Shown here: positions 1 to 12,920 of the stretch, in pieces
How the letters are laid out: every line of letters starts with the position of its first letter
Numbering within the stretch: position 1 is the first letter of the stretch
From: Macrostomum lignano
Lineage: Eukaryota
Direction of reading: 5' to 3'
Length of the DNA: 64,000 nt
Assembly (NCBI GenBank): GCA_002269645.1
Contig: NIVC01001758.1
Location: 1-64,000, forward strand
Translations under genes and position numbers: made by a program
Notes under the pieces: generated by a model
The model's input: only the letters and a program-made list of their open reading frames with translations
Told to the model about the DNA's origin: nothing
Databases searched by the model: none

Positions 1-625
1 GTGCAGTACAGATAGATATATTTGGCCAAACAAAGCATGCAACTTCATGAGATACGTGCAATTATTTTTACTTAACTACTGATACATTCAAAAGATATAA
101 AAAAATACGATAAAGTATAAAAAATCTTGCTAAAATTGTAGCAATCAATTAAATAATTAGAAGTGAAATAAAATCATTTAGCTTGTAGATTTAAATATTT
201 TTCAGTTTTACTAACAATTCTTTCAAAGCATATTAGGCTATTAAGACATTCCTTTAGAGTGCATTTATCTATAAGCTATAATCAATTCCAAAAAGGAGTC
301 TAATTTAATTTGACTCTGAATTAATTTTGATGAGATTGAAATAAAAAAATGCAAACATTTTTTCTGCAGAAAGATATATTTTAGTACAAAACTATAGCTT
401 GTAGTATTTAATTATATGTGCAATTCTACTTGTACAAAAAGGCTGCAGATTTTAAAATGTGGTATTAGTGTAAAAAAATTTCACCAGAAGCAATTAAAAT
501 AAATATTAGAGATCTATTATTTTGCTTTTAGATCCTTATTGCATCCTTATTGTTGTTTAAAGCATCCTTTAAAGCATCCTTATTGCTTTTTAAAATAAGG
601 AAGGCAAGAGTTGCTCATGCTTTTA

Positions 626-1271
<646 letters not shown>

Positions 1272-1374
1272 TTTTAGACTGTTTTAATTTGCTTTATAAC
1301 ACAACAAAAGCGGCAAGCCGTGTTTCCCAAGTATTTTTCGGACCGAAAATGTGGTATGTAACAAAACTAAATAG

Positions 1375-1388
1375 GTTGTCCAAGCAAC
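1375..1388. promoter_or_regulatory. RFX X-box-like motif upstream of CABCOCO1
   Basis: GTTGTCCAAGCAAC matches the GTTRYC-NN-RGYAAC pattern and lies ~100 bp upstream of the ATG of a ciliary gene. Confidence 0.6.
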
Positions 1389-1560
1389 ATTTAACAACAA
1401 GCATAGACTAAAATAAAGTACTTGTTAAATCAAAAGTTTACTTAAAGCAATAAAATTATAGTAGAGCACACAATTACCGTCCGTGAGTAAATAGTACTAT
1501 GAAATTTGTTTTTCTGCATAGATTCTCTTCACGTGAAGAATGTATTTATTAAACTTTCTT

Positions 1561-1785
1561 GATTGGCCTATCACGAGGTGTGTTGGTAGTTAAATAGCTA
1601 GATGTATAATGAGGTATCTGGTAAAAGTACGACTATTTGATATTTAATAAGGACTATTTAATAAAAACTTAGTATAATTTGATTGGCCTACTGTACGCGA
1701 GGTGTGTTGGTAGTTAACTAGCTAGATGTATAATGAGGTATCTGGTAAAAGTACGACTATTTGATATTTAATAAAGGACTATTTC
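1561..1785. repeat. Local direct duplication, ~120-bp period
   Basis: GATTGGCCTA...GAGGTGTGTTGGTAGTTAA...GGTAAAAGTACGACTATTTGATATTTAATAA occurs at 1561 and 1681. Confidence 0.85.
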
Positions 1786-2785
1786 TATTTCTATTTCTAT
1801 TTCTATTATTTCTTTTCTATTTCTAAAGGACTATTTTTATTAAATAGTCCTTAAATTCTATTAAGGACTATTTAATAAAAACTTAGTATAATGACGAAAG
1901 GACGTAAAACATTCGTTCATCCGCGAGGGTCACAATCGAGATTTTGAACTTTTCATATTTCAGCACACAAAGAAGTGATAATATCTTAATAATTACTTGC
2001 CGGTTTTATTTCTTTGTTGATCGCCAAAAACTTAATAATATATATATATAACTTAATAATACTTGCTCCATGTTTAATTAATTTCAAATTTAGAATCAGG
2101 AAAACAACTACTAGCTGAACTTAAACAAACGTATTTTGCAAATTAATGTTAATTTGGCTTTCATGCATAATTTTTGGATCTAGCCAATCTGTTTTGAAGA
2201 ATTGAAAAACTACGCTCGCATATCAGCGTAGCATTTTTGTTACATGCACATGAAAACATGCGTAATGTTATTTAATCTAATTAATAAATATCTAAATTAA
2301 AACAAATTCCTAAATAATTAAGGTGTATGATTACAGTTGGATGGATCTTTTGGTTAACTGCGAACCGAATGTTAGTAAGAATTTAAAACTCAACTATTTA
2401 TATTTATTTGCTTATTTATGCAATCATTGGTGAAGCATATTAGGAATTTTAATGTATGATATATATACATTGCACATGCAGGATCCATTGCATAGCTATA
2501 CATGTAAATGTATACGTTTTGCGAGTGAAAAAGATAAAAATGGAATAAAAATAGCAGGAATAGCGGCACAAAATAAATTCATTTGAGAATATGTTCCAAC
2601 ACTTTTTGTGAATTTTAAAAAGACCAGGATTATATTGTCATTCAAATTCTATAGTCGGCCGAACAAAATAACGAAAATAAGATTCCGCAAGCATGCTTAG
2701 CCTACTTACAGTAGTTCAATACACAAGAACCAAGAACATATGGGCTCGATTCTTCTTCGGTATGTACAAGCGTTACATGTACTTA

Positions 2786-2948
2786 CAATGGCGCAGTCAT
2801 GGGGATTTTTTTCGGGGGGGAGGGATTTTTTCTCCGGAATTTTTGGAGGCGAGTAATTACGAGTATTTTATTTTTTTTTCGTTTTTTTCGGGGTTGGGGT
2901 AACTTCAGGGGGAGCCCCCTCAGCCCACCCCTGCTGGCTGCGCCACTG
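2786..2948. mobile_element. hAT-type MITE
   Basis: TIRs CAATGGCGCAGTCA / TGGCTGCGCCACTG; 8-bp flanks TGTACTTA and TGTACTTT (7/8 identical, TSD); internal G/C tracts; no ORF. Confidence 0.7.
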
Positions 2949-3714
2949 TGTACTTTATCGTGAAAAAACTATTGAGAAAGATGAGGAATTTTTCATTCCC
3001 TCTGTCTCTTAGTTTCGCTAAATAAGTGCAAACATTTCGAGCACCAAGGATTTACAAAGTGAATTTATTGATTGCAAAGCAGTCAGTTGAAGAAATAATA
3101 GTTGAAGGAAGAGGCAGTAAGCCACACCAGATATGTACAGTTTTTCTATTAGTCAAAGCAGAGGCCGCAGCATCAGCAGCAATAGACCATTTAGATGCAA
3201 TCTTGCATTCAAATTGCAAGAAACTGTGAGAAATTGCAATGAAGCTGGCATAAGCCAAGCCTATAAGCCAAGCCAAGCATTTTCACGAGGGCAACTCGGC
3301 AATCTTGTATCGAAACAAAAATTATGGAAGAAAAGCGCTAACGAGAACGAACCAAGGATGCACTTGTAATCTTCGATGCAATTATAGACACAGAGAAGGC
3401 GAATGGGTTGCATAAAAAGATCCAAACGGGGTTACTAGGCAAACAAGACCAGTGATATATTGCTAAATAGTCCCAATGCTTTGAGTTGAGTTTGGGTTCG
3501 AGCAAATTAATCTGCCTATCTGGTAGATAAACTCTTGATTGGAATGATCAAAGCAGATTTTTTAATTAAGCAGATCGGTGTATGATCAAGCTTTACCTTT
3601 TATGACCAGTCAATGACCGATCTAACGCAATGTAAAAGTTAAATGACCAAGCATCATTTTAATGATAAAGCAGCTAATATATGTAGATGATGAAGCTATT
3701 ACAGATTATGACCA

Positions 3715-4277
3715 AGCTATTACATAGTCTATTACCCAGTAATTACACAGTCTATGACCCATTCATTACATAGTCTATGACCAAGTTGTTACACAGTCCA
3801 TGACCAAGCTATCACACAGTCTATGACCCATTCATTACACAGTCTATGAGCAAGCTATTACACAGTCTATGACCCATTCATTACACAGTCTATGAGCAAG
3901 CTATTACACAGTATATGACCCATTCATTACACAGTCTATGAGCAAGCTATTACACAGTCTATGACCCAGCTATTACATAGTCTATGACCAAGTTGTTACA
4001 CAGTCTATGACCAAGCTATTACACAGTATATGGCCCATTCATTACACAGTCTATGACCAAGCTATTACACAGTCTATGACCCATTCATTACACAGTCTAT
4101 GAGCAAGCTATTACACAGTATATGACCCATTCATTACACAGTCTATGAGCAAGCTATTACACAGTCTATGACCCAGCTATTACATAGTCTATGACCAAGT
4201 TGTTACACAGTCTATGACCAAGCTATTACACAGTCAATGACCCAGTCATTACACAGTCTATGAGCAAGCTATTACAC
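3715..4277. repeat. 23-bp minisatellite (TTACACAGTCTATGAC/GCAAGCTA variants)
   Basis: Tandem units seen directly. Confidence 0.95.
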
Positions 4278-4521
4278 TGGTGCAATTATAGCAAAATTAG
4301 AGTTGAGGAAGGTATCAAGAATTGAGGACCGACTGACAATCGAGGTGCCGAGCTAAATTTTCTAGATTCTAACAGCAATGATACCCCAGCAGATACAGGA
4401 TGCTAACGAAGAAAGATCAAGCTTAGTTTTGGCCATTCAGATGCTTCACCAAACATTCACAATGAATTTGAGACGACTCAGCAGGGAAACTTTAGACACT
4501 GGGATTGAGACAGAGGCGCAG

Positions 4522-5475
4522 TCAGACGAATGTAACAGAGACCTGCTGCATCTGAGTTCCGTAATGCGACTGCGCCAGCATCCGGGCGTTCCTAGCAGCA
4601 GCCGCGGCAGCCGCCGCCGCCGCCCTGTGCCGACGGAGCTGCCGCTTTCGTTCGCGACGCGGCGCCCAGCGGCCCAGACAGCTGGCCAGGTCGTCGTCCG
4701 TGCCAGCGCCCGGCCGCTCCTCGGCCACCTGGCGGGCCCGCTCGCGGAGCAGGCGCGCCCGAACTGGCCGTCGAGTCACGTAGCGACTGCCATCGGCGCG
4801 TCTCTTCACCACCCACTCCATGCCGGAGTCCGCCTCGCCGCCGTTGCCTTCGTTGCCGCCAACCGTCTGGCAGGCAGTCGACGCAGACGAGGACGCTGAC
4901 ATTGTGGCGGCTGGCGCCGGTGCCGCCTGCCCGCTCGGACTTCGCTGAACCCGGGTGCCCATCCGAGGCACGGCCGGACGGCTTGGCGCTGGAGGACCGC
5001 CGATGTAGCTCACTGCCTCGGCGGCAGCCCGCAATCGAGCAATGCTAGCCGCCAGTTCGTCCGTCGTGGTGGTGCTCGCGGTGGCAGCAGTCGCAGCGTT
5101 GGCGCTCTGCGCGCTGCCCAGCCCGAAGTCTTTGCGGCCGCCTGAGTCGTCTTCGACCAGCGTGTCGGCCTCTTCGTCGTCCTCGTCGAGCGTCTCCGCC
5201 GTATCGCCGCCGGCCTCGGCAGTTTCCGTCGCCGTATCCGCCTCGCAGTTGCCCTCCTCTGCTTCCCCGTCCTCTTCCTCCTCCTCCTCCTCTTCCTCGC
5301 CGTCGACGGGTCGACGCGACCGCGGCCGGGCCACCAGGAGGTTGACGGTTGAGCCGGAGTTGGTAAACAGCCTGACCGCTTGGTCGCGAGTTCGCGCCGC
5401 CTCGCCGTTGATCCGCAGAATTTGATCGCCCACTCGAATTCGACCGCTGGCGGATGCGACGCTGTCAGGTGTGAC
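4522..5475 (-). CDS. PDZRN3/4: PDZRN3/4 (Slip1/PDZD4 family) terminal exon: end of PDZ2 plus conserved C-terminal region
   Basis: Acceptor TTTCATCCAG|GTC. Encodes VTPDSVASASGRIRVGDQILRINGEAARTRDQAVRLF (PDZ), MEWVVKRRADGSRYVTRRPVRARLLRERA...TDDD (family signature EW.VK.R.DG.RY.T.RPVR.RLLRERA) and C-terminal SVTFV* (cf. SVTTV PDZ-binding motif). Confidence 0.9.
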   Translation of the reverse strand, partial: VTPDSVASASGRIRVGDQILRINGEAARTRDQAVRLFTNSGSTVNLLVARPRSRRPVDGEEEEEEEEEDGEAEEGNCEADTATETAEAGGDTAETLDEDDEEADTLVEDDSGGRKDFGLGSAQSANAATAATASTTTTDELAASIARLRAAAEAVSYIGGPPAPSRPAVPRMGTRVQRSPSGQAAPAPAATMSASSSASTACQTVGGNEGNGGEADSGMEWVVKRRADGSRYVTRRPVRARLLRERARQVAEERPGAGTDDDLASCLGRWAPRRERKRQLRRHRAAAAAAAAAARNARMLAQSHYGTQMQQVSVTFV

Positions 5476-5979
5476 CTGGATGAAATGACCGAGTGATCTT
5501 GCAGGAGTGTGCTCGATTGACGCTTTCAAATTCAGCAGTTTCCCTTGCTGCTACCATTTGGTCAGTCATGCCAACCGGAAACCAAGCTCAGCTATAGTGC
5601 TGGCTAGCCATCCGAATATTGAGTTTGCCATGCCATGCGAGACGATGAGTGTGGAATCAAGGGAAATGTGGATCGGAGAGCTCTTTGACCTGCGAATGAA
5701 TGATAGAGAGCCAGCTAACTGTGCTCTGCAAAGTTGGGTTGGCAGTAAAACCATAAGCTGATGCAGTGATCCTCACAATTAGCCTGATTGATTAGCGTTT
5801 CTTTATTCAAAACCCCCGATGCGTGCGAGTGTGGAGTCAGCGTGATCTGTCTGTCAGACTGGCGTGTCGTGCGCTCCAATGTCTTGCTAAATAATTGGCA
5901 ATAGTGCGAGGCTGAATGTACTTTTGCTTTGGTGAGTCATTCTGGTAGCTGAAATATACGGATCTGAGTAGTAGGGTGT

Positions 5980-6740
5980 GTAAACTGGATGATTGTTGGG
6001 TTTGTAAACTGGATGATTGTTGGGTTTGTAAACTGGATGATTGTTGGGTTTGTAAACTGGATGATTGTTGGATTTGTAAACTGGATGATTGTTGGGTTTG
6101 TAAACTGGATGATTGTTGGGTTTGTAAACTGGATGATTGTTGGGTTTGTAAACTGGATGATTGTTGGGTTTGTAAACTGGATGATTGTTGGGTTTATAAA
6201 CTGGATGATTGTTGGGTTTGTAAACTGGATGATTGTTGGGTTTATAAACTGGATGATTGTTGGGTTTGTAAACTGGATGATTGTTAGGTGTGTAAACTGG
6301 ATGATTGTTGGGTTTGTAAACTGGATGATTGTTGGGTTTGTAAACTGGATGATTGTTGGGTTTGTAAACTGGATGATTGTTGGGTTTGTAAACTGGATGA
6401 TTGTTGGGTTTGTAAACTGGATGATTGTCGGGTTTATAAACTGGATGATTGTTGGGTTTGTAAACTGGATGATTGTTGGGTTTATAAACTGGATGATTGT
6501 TGGGTTTGTAAACTGGATGATTGTTGGGTTTATAAACTGGATGATTGTTGGGTTTGTAAACTGGATGATTGTTAGGTGTGTAAACTGGATGATTGTTGGG
6601 TTTGTAAACTGGATGATTGTTGGGTTTGTAAACTGGATGATTGTTGGGTTTGTAAACTGGATGATTGTTGGGTTTGTAAACTGGATGATTGTTGGGTTTG
6701 TAAACTGGATGATTGTTGGGTTTGTAAACTGGATTATTGT
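5980..6740. repeat. 24-bp intronic minisatellite (GTAAACTGGATGATTGTTGGGTTT), ~31 copies
   Basis: Tandem units within the PDZRN intron between exons 5475 and 6770. Confidence 0.97.
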
Positions 6741-6769
6741 TGCTGAATGCCCTGTATGCCATGTCTCAC

Positions 6770-6891
6770 CTCTCCAACGAATACGTCAGTGATGGGCGGC
6801 TGGTCCCCTGGGCGGCGCTGTCGCAAGAGCTGCTGTAGCACAGGGTCAGCCCCAGTTTCTGGCCGGCCGCACTTCTAGTCAGCTGAACTTC
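6770..6891 (-). CDS. PDZRN3/4: PDZRN3/4 internal exon, start of PDZ2 (one base short)
   Basis: Acceptor CTTCGACAG|GAA, donor GAG|GTGAGA. Encodes EVQLTRSAAGQKLGLTLCY...ITDVFVGE (cf. EVxL..KLGLTVCY..GIYVGE). Length 122 nt; adding one G to the GGGG run near 6807 restores frame. Confidence 0.85.
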
Positions 6892-7110
6892 CTGTCGAAG
6901 TTTGAAGATAAAAAATGATTATAATTATCTTTTGCTTCAAGGTGTAAAGGAAGTAAGCTCATAGGAGATTCTAAAAAGCAGAACTTGGCGTTTCTTACGA
7001 GTATTCTGCAAAGTTCCAGATTGTATTCAAAGTCGATGTGTCTTCTGCTTTTTTCACGAGCTCGTAGAGTCACTCTAGTATCAATGTCAACGGTAAACCA
7101 CAAAGTAAAA

Positions 7111-7230
7111 ATCAAGATCCAACCATCAACTTCCCAACTCCAATCAAGATCCAACCATCAACTTCCCAACTCCAATCAAGATCCAACCATCAACTTCCCG
7201 ATTCCAATCAAGATCCAACCATCAACTTCA
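7111..7230. repeat. 32-bp repeat, ~4 copies
   Basis: ATCAAGATCCAACCATCAACTTC at 7111, 7143, 7175 and 7207. Confidence 0.9.
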
Positions 7231-7291
7231 CGACCCCCATCTAGTTCCAACTGCCAATTGCTCAATCAAAAACACTCCAGCTCAAATTTAC

Positions 7292-7377
7292 CTCATAGTC
7301 GAAATCTTCCACAGCCTGGAAGAACAGCTCCACAGCTGACTGAGTCAGTGTACCGCTAGTTCTACCAGTTTCGTAGC

Positions 7378-7441
<64 letters not shown>

Positions 7442-7930
7442 ACAGCTCTGTTCGTTGCTGATCTTGTTGGCACTGTTTCGTTCTCGGTCGCGGTTTTGAC
7501 TGTGACTAGTTTTACGATGTCGCTGTTGACGATCTGGTAGGTAGAGCAGCGGCTGATAGTGCTGATACTGCTGCTGCTGATGGCAGGAAGAGCCGCCCGA
7601 AGTAAGCGTCGATGCTGGCAGATCGTAGTCCACCTGTCTATCTGGCTGCGTCAGCGATAGTAATAGCGGGGGCGGCTGCGGCTGCAAAGACGGTTGAGTC
7701 GACAACAATGTTGATTGTTGTTGTGGTGGAGGCGGCGGTGGCAGCGGTCTCCGAAGACTGCTGCTGATTGTTACTTGAGCAGTCAGCGATTGTGACAGCT
7801 GTTGCTTTTGTTGCTGCTGCTGCTGCGGATGCTGCTGGCGCATTACCTGCACAATGATTGGCTCCTTAGCGGTTCTGAACGCTTCCACGGCCTCTTCGTG
7901 AGTGGCGCGGCTCAGATCCTGCCCGTTTAC
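7292..7930 (-). CDS. PDZRN3/4: PDZRN3/4 internal exon: end of PDZ1, Gln/Pro-rich linker with (CAG)21
   Basis: Acceptor CCCTCCGTAG|GTA AAC GGG. Encodes [31 protein letters not shown] ... EDFDYE. Donor GAG|GTAAAT. 639 nt, phase 0-0. Confidence 0.9.
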
Positions 7931-7992
7931 CTACGGAGGGGATTGGGTTCAAGACAGTTAATGCTGTGTACATGCAATTGAGTGAGGCTTAC

Positions 7993-8087
7993 CTTTCAGA
8001 CGTACAGATGCGGCTCAGGTATGTGCTTGCATCCTCATGAGTCAGCAGAATGGGCATGGCTGCTTGTCTTCTCTCAATTTGCGGCAT
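7993..8087 (-). CDS. Candidate alternative first coding exon of the PDZRN gene
   Basis: GCACC-ATG, MPQIERRQAAMPILLTHEDASTYLSRICTSE, strong donor AAG|GTAAGC, 62-nt intron to the VNG exon. 95 nt, one base short of phase 0. Confidence 0.45.
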
Positions 8088-9282
8088 GGTGCTCAAAGAC
8101 CCCCTTATGACTATTTAACATTCGATGCACAGCTCACTACACCAAGTATGAATAGATAATCATCGTCCAGTCTCCTCTCTACGCTTCGTCAATTCAGTTT
8201 TTTGTGGAGCAAAAGGAGAGCTTCTGAATAAACCAATTCTCTCCAAGGCAAACAGTGTCTCTCCAGAAGATAGCCAAAAATATCCCTTCTGCATTCCCTT
8301 CTAAAGCCCTTGAAAGGCCGCTAAAAAAGCGCCCCGTCTGCCCCGCCTTCCATGATGTATAATTTGGAGTTTCATCGACCGTCAGAGATTCGACTCCAAA
8401 GGAAACAGCTTTAGCGAGACGGCTCCCCCCCAAACACCCGAGCAGATGCCTCTCATCATCCTGTCGAGTGGAAAAAAGTGGCTGGAGTGAGGAACGAAAA
8501 AATCTGTCCTTTAGCATGCGATTGCATGCGTGTGTGTATCTTAAGTTGAAGGATGCCAGCCCGGGGGGCGCCGGAGCTCAAACTCATCATGCACCCCCGA
8601 GTACACACCCATGCATGCACGCGCATAAGTGTGCTGTCTTTAGCTTTCTCCCGGCCGGATTAACCCCCACCCCACCACTCTTCCAAATCCTCGTCTTCCT
8701 AAATCAAGGTCCTTCCCGTTCGCCCCGGTACAAGGCTTCGGATGCCGCGGTGGAGGGAGGTTGGGTAGAAGACGGCTCCTCCAGGGACTGCGGGCGGCAA
8801 GATGGCGGGATGCCCGCCCCCGGCCCGCGCGGTCCAAGTCCAGACAGGCGCCCTGAAGTGGAACAGGAGTGGTTGCCGGAGGCCGCGCGCAAGCAGCGGC
8901 TACTTCAACGATTCGTAGGCCTGGAAGCCCTGGATCCCGGATGAAATCGGCTCCCGATGGCAGATTGACGTCCCAGGGAAGCAAATAATTCTCTCAATAT
9001 TTTTTTGTTATTCTAGTTGCTAATATTTGGTGGGTAGATTCGAAACAAAGCATCACTGACTCTAATGTGTCACGTTTGTTTTACTCCGAGAACCTCCTCC
9101 TTAGATACAGACATTCGCATCCCGCGAATCCCGCTGTTAAACACTGCCATCAATGACTGCTTCCATGGTTCTGTTGCATAAATTGTGTTATTCTGTTTCG
9201 CCTCATCATCATTCTGAGTTCTATCACACCGTTCCGTCACTGTCACACTCCTCCATTCATTCGTCACATTGCTCCGTTTATT

Positions 9283-9585
9283 CTGTCACTCAGCTCCATG
9301 ATTCTGTCACTCAGCTCCATGATTCTGTCACTCAGCTCCATGATTCTGTCACTCAGCTCCATGATTCTGTCACTCAGCTCCATGATTCTGTCACTCAGCT
9401 CCATGATTCTGTCACTCAGCTCCATGATTCTGTCACTCAGCTCCATGATTCTGTCACTCAGCTCCATGGTTCTGTCACTCAGCTCCATGATTCTGTCACT
9501 CAGCTCCATGATTCTGTCACTCAGCTCCATGATTCTGTCACTCAGCTCCATGATTCTGTCACTCAGCTCCATGATTCTGTCACTC
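9283..9585. repeat. 21-bp minisatellite (ATTCTGTCACTCAGCTCCATG), ~14 copies
   Basis: Tandem units seen directly. Confidence 0.97.
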
Positions 9586-11225
9586 TCACCCTCACTTTCG
9601 ACAGTTGTTGAAAGCTGTAATTCGAGCATAAGACACAGCCATAGCGAGAGCAAGGCGAGTCAGTCAGTCAGAAAAGCTTTGGGCGTCGTGTGTCCCACCG
9701 GGAGCGCTGGAATCAAAGCCCCGAATCAAATCCCAGCCAATGCTCACAGTCTCCGCCTCTGCGTCTCCCCATCTACATCTCTCCCGTCGCTTCCTACCAA
9801 CAACTACAGATCCCTTCTCTCCCCTCCTGAGGCAGCAAAACCTGATTAGCGAGGGGCCAAGCATTCAACTCTTTACTCTGCTTATCCCATCCCTCGGCCT
9901 CCAGTCTGCCGGATAAAAGCTGACCAAGAGTAGCCCGCGAGGCTGGGACTGGGGGGAGAGAAGAGATATAAGAGCAGCAAAAATGGATGAATCGCATTAG
10001 CAACCCTTGAGTCCTTTTTACTTCTGTTTGATAACCAAATAATCCCAAGTTATATAGCTGGCCTGATATTAGGACACTTCTCGCTCTCTGTTCTCCCCAC
10101 TGTCTTTCTCCCTTTGGCCTTCCTTTCTCCAGTTTGCTCATTTTCTCTTCTCGACCCCCCCCCCCGGCTGATTAAGTCGCCTCGGAGACTCGCTCCCCAT
10201 TTCAGAGAGAGAGAGAGGGGGGGAACGCAAATCTTTAGTTTGAGAGGCCGCATCTCTATTCCCCATCTTCAATATAATATACTATTCTCTGTCACTGCCG
10301 CCACCGTCTCGGAGTCGCCTGACTGACAAACCCTATTTAAACATTTTATCTGCATAGCTTATATAGACGCCCGGACCGACTGACTTACTGACTGAATGCA
10401 GTTCTAATATAATAATTGGGATATTTATCCTATTGCAATCGGCAGCTCCCCAACGGTTGCATCCATTTTCTTGATGAAGGAAGCTTTAACCGATAAGCCC
10501 CTGCACCCAATTTATCTTCTGAATAAAAGAGACCTCAAAGCGCACTAGTTGACAGACGGGATAGCACTCAGAAAACTTGGGTATTATTCATTTTCTCATA
10601 CAGCGTGTCTGCTCTGACCTATTTTAGCGGACATCAACAAGCCGTTTCTTGTGAAAATAATTGTAAGAAAACAAGACGGTTAGTTTCTGCTTAAATTTGC
10701 TAAGCCATCATCATCTCTGAAAGGTGAGAACAATGCAGAATGAGACACAAAAAGCGTAATATAATTTTTACTTTTGTTATAATTGGGCCCCCTAACAACT
10801 CCAATGCAAGAGCCCGGACACCTGGACGGTCTCAGCTAGTATTGAGCCTTGTGCACCTGGCAAATAGTCTTTCAGTTCGTCAGCAGGAAATTCCTTGCTC
10901 CTGCATCCAATTTCAGCTTGAGCCTCAGGTGCTCCCAAAGCAGCTGAGCTATGGATAGCTGTAATAAATCTTCTTGAAAGCATTGATGCCATGCACAGAA
11001 TCAGGGTTGACCCTTCCGTCTCTCTGGGCTTCCTTCTCTCATGGAAACTCTACTTTACCTTCACCGGTGACTTATGCGACTATTGATGGGCATGCATAAT
11101 AGCCTAAATATTCCCAGTAATTATTACTATTGACTCCGCCTATCATATTTTCGTGATTGATTTTGATAGTGCAGTCATTCGGGATCTGATGCTGTGACTG
11201 GCTTCAATAAAAATGCAAGCTAATT

Positions 11226-11812
11226 TCGGATAACCTACTGAGATTCCAGCAAGATAACCTACTGAGATTCCAGCAAGATGACCAACTGAGATTCCAGCAA
11301 GATAACCTACTGAGATTCCAGCAAGATGACCAACTGAGATTCCAGCAAGATAACCTACTGAGATTCCAGCAAGATGACCAACTGAGATTCCAGCAAGATA
11401 ACCTACTGAGATTCCAGCAAGATAACCTACTGAGATTCCAGCAAGATGACATGAGATTCTAGCAAGACAACCTACTGAGATTCCAGCAAGATGACATGAG
11501 ATTCTAGCAAGACAACCTACTGAGATTCCAGCAAGATAACCTACTGAGATTCCAGCAAGATAACCTACTGAGATTCCAGCAAGATGACCTATTGAGATTC
11601 CAGCAAGATGACCAACTGAGATTCCAGCAAGATAACCTACTGAGATTCTAGCAAGACAACCTACTGAGATTCCAGCAAGATAACCTACTGAGATTCCAAC
11701 AAGACAACCTACTGAGATTCCAGCAAGATGACCTATTGAGATTCCAGCAAGATGACCTACTGAGATTCCAGCAAGATAACCTACTGAGATTCCAACAAGA
11801 CAACCTACTGAA
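11226..11812. repeat. 24-bp minisatellite (GAGATTCCAGCAAGATAACCTACT)
   Basis: Tandem units with variants. Confidence 0.95.
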
Positions 11813-12069
11813 GCTCCTATCAGACATTACCGAGATCCGAGCCTCCCGAGGCTGTACACAAAAGTGCCTGAATCTTGGATAAAGCAACCGAGAATGCTCA
11901 GATCCAGCAGGAAGAGTAGCCAGTGGTTTTTCATTCCAAAATCGTTAGACAGATCTTCAGGAAAATGATTGATTACACAGCAACTGTCAGAAGGTCCTTG
12001 TTAGTTTAATACTTTACCTGTCCATCAATACCCTCGAATCCTCCACAGAGTTTGCTCTCTATCGAATGA

Positions 12070-12920
12070 TAAAGTGAACGATAGAGTGAACAGTGGAGTG
12101 AGCATTAGAGTAAACAGTAGAGTGAACGATAGAGTGAACAGTAGCGTGAAAGATAGAGTGAAGGATAGAGTGAACAGTAGCGTGAAAGATAGAGTGAAAG
12201 ATAGAGTGAACAATAGCTTAAAGAATAGAGTGAACGATAGAGTGAACAGTAGAGTGAACAGTAGAGTGAACAGTAGAGTGAACAGTAGAGTGAACAGTAG
12301 AGTGAACAGTAGAGTGAACAGTAGAGTAGAGTGAACAGTAGAGTGAACAGTAGAGTGAACAGTAGAGTGAACAGTAGAGTGAACAGTAGAGTGAACAGTA
12401 GAGTAGAGTGAACAGTAGAGTAAACAGTAGAGTAGAGTGAACATAGAGTAAACAGTAGAGTGAACAGTAGAGTAGAGTAAACAGTAGAGTAGAGTGAACA
12501 GTAGAGTGAACAGTAGAGTGAACAGTAGAGTAGAGTGAACAGTAGAGTGAACAGTAGAGTAAACAGTAGAGTAGAGTGAACAGTAGAGTAAACAGTAGAG
12601 TGAACAGTAGAGTGAACAGTAGAGTAGAGTGAACAGTAGAGTGAACAGTAGAGTAAACAGTAGAGTAGAGTGAACAGTAGAGTAAACAGTAGAGTAGAGT
12701 GAACAGTAGAGTGAACAGTAGAGTAAACAGTAGAGTAGAGTGAACAGTAGAGTGAACAGTAGAGTAAACAGTAGAGTGAGCAGTAGAGTAGAGTGAACAG
12801 TAGAGTAGAGTGAACAGCAGAGTGAACAGTATAGTGAACAGTAGAGTAGAGTGAACAGTAGAGTGAACAGTAGAGTGAACAGTAGTGAACAGTAAAGTGA
12901 AAAGCGGAGTGAACAGTAGA
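12070..12920. repeat. 12-bp minisatellite (AGAGTGAACAGT) with 17-bp variants, block 1
   Basis: Tandem units seen directly. Confidence 0.95.

Noticed and set aside
3026-3369. Overlapping 67-78-aa ORFs on both strands
   Set aside because: No recognisable motif or splice context.
4378-5425. Plus-strand ORFs of 173 and 127 aa
   Set aside because: Antisense shadows of the GC-rich PDZRN terminal exon; likewise 38880-39299 and 41124-41675 (GPCR), 49431-49937 (receptor) and 59689-60330.
5887-6792. Long repeat ORFs (PVYKPNNH, CKLDDCWV, MIVGFVNW)
   Set aside because: Translations of a 24-bp intronic minisatellite, open in several frames; the same applies to ORFs at 9.2-9.8, 12.0-14.4, 17.4-18.5, 24.6-25.4, 26.6-27.0, 46.0-48.8, 50.4-51.5, 55.7-57.5, 58.3-59.0 and 62.7-63.6 kb.
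8194-8984. GC-rich ORFs read as possible PDZ1 exon (EGIFLA, GLRIVEV) or integrase fragment (RWQID)
   Set aside because: Motif matches are only 4-6 residues with no surrounding domain pattern or consistent splice phase.
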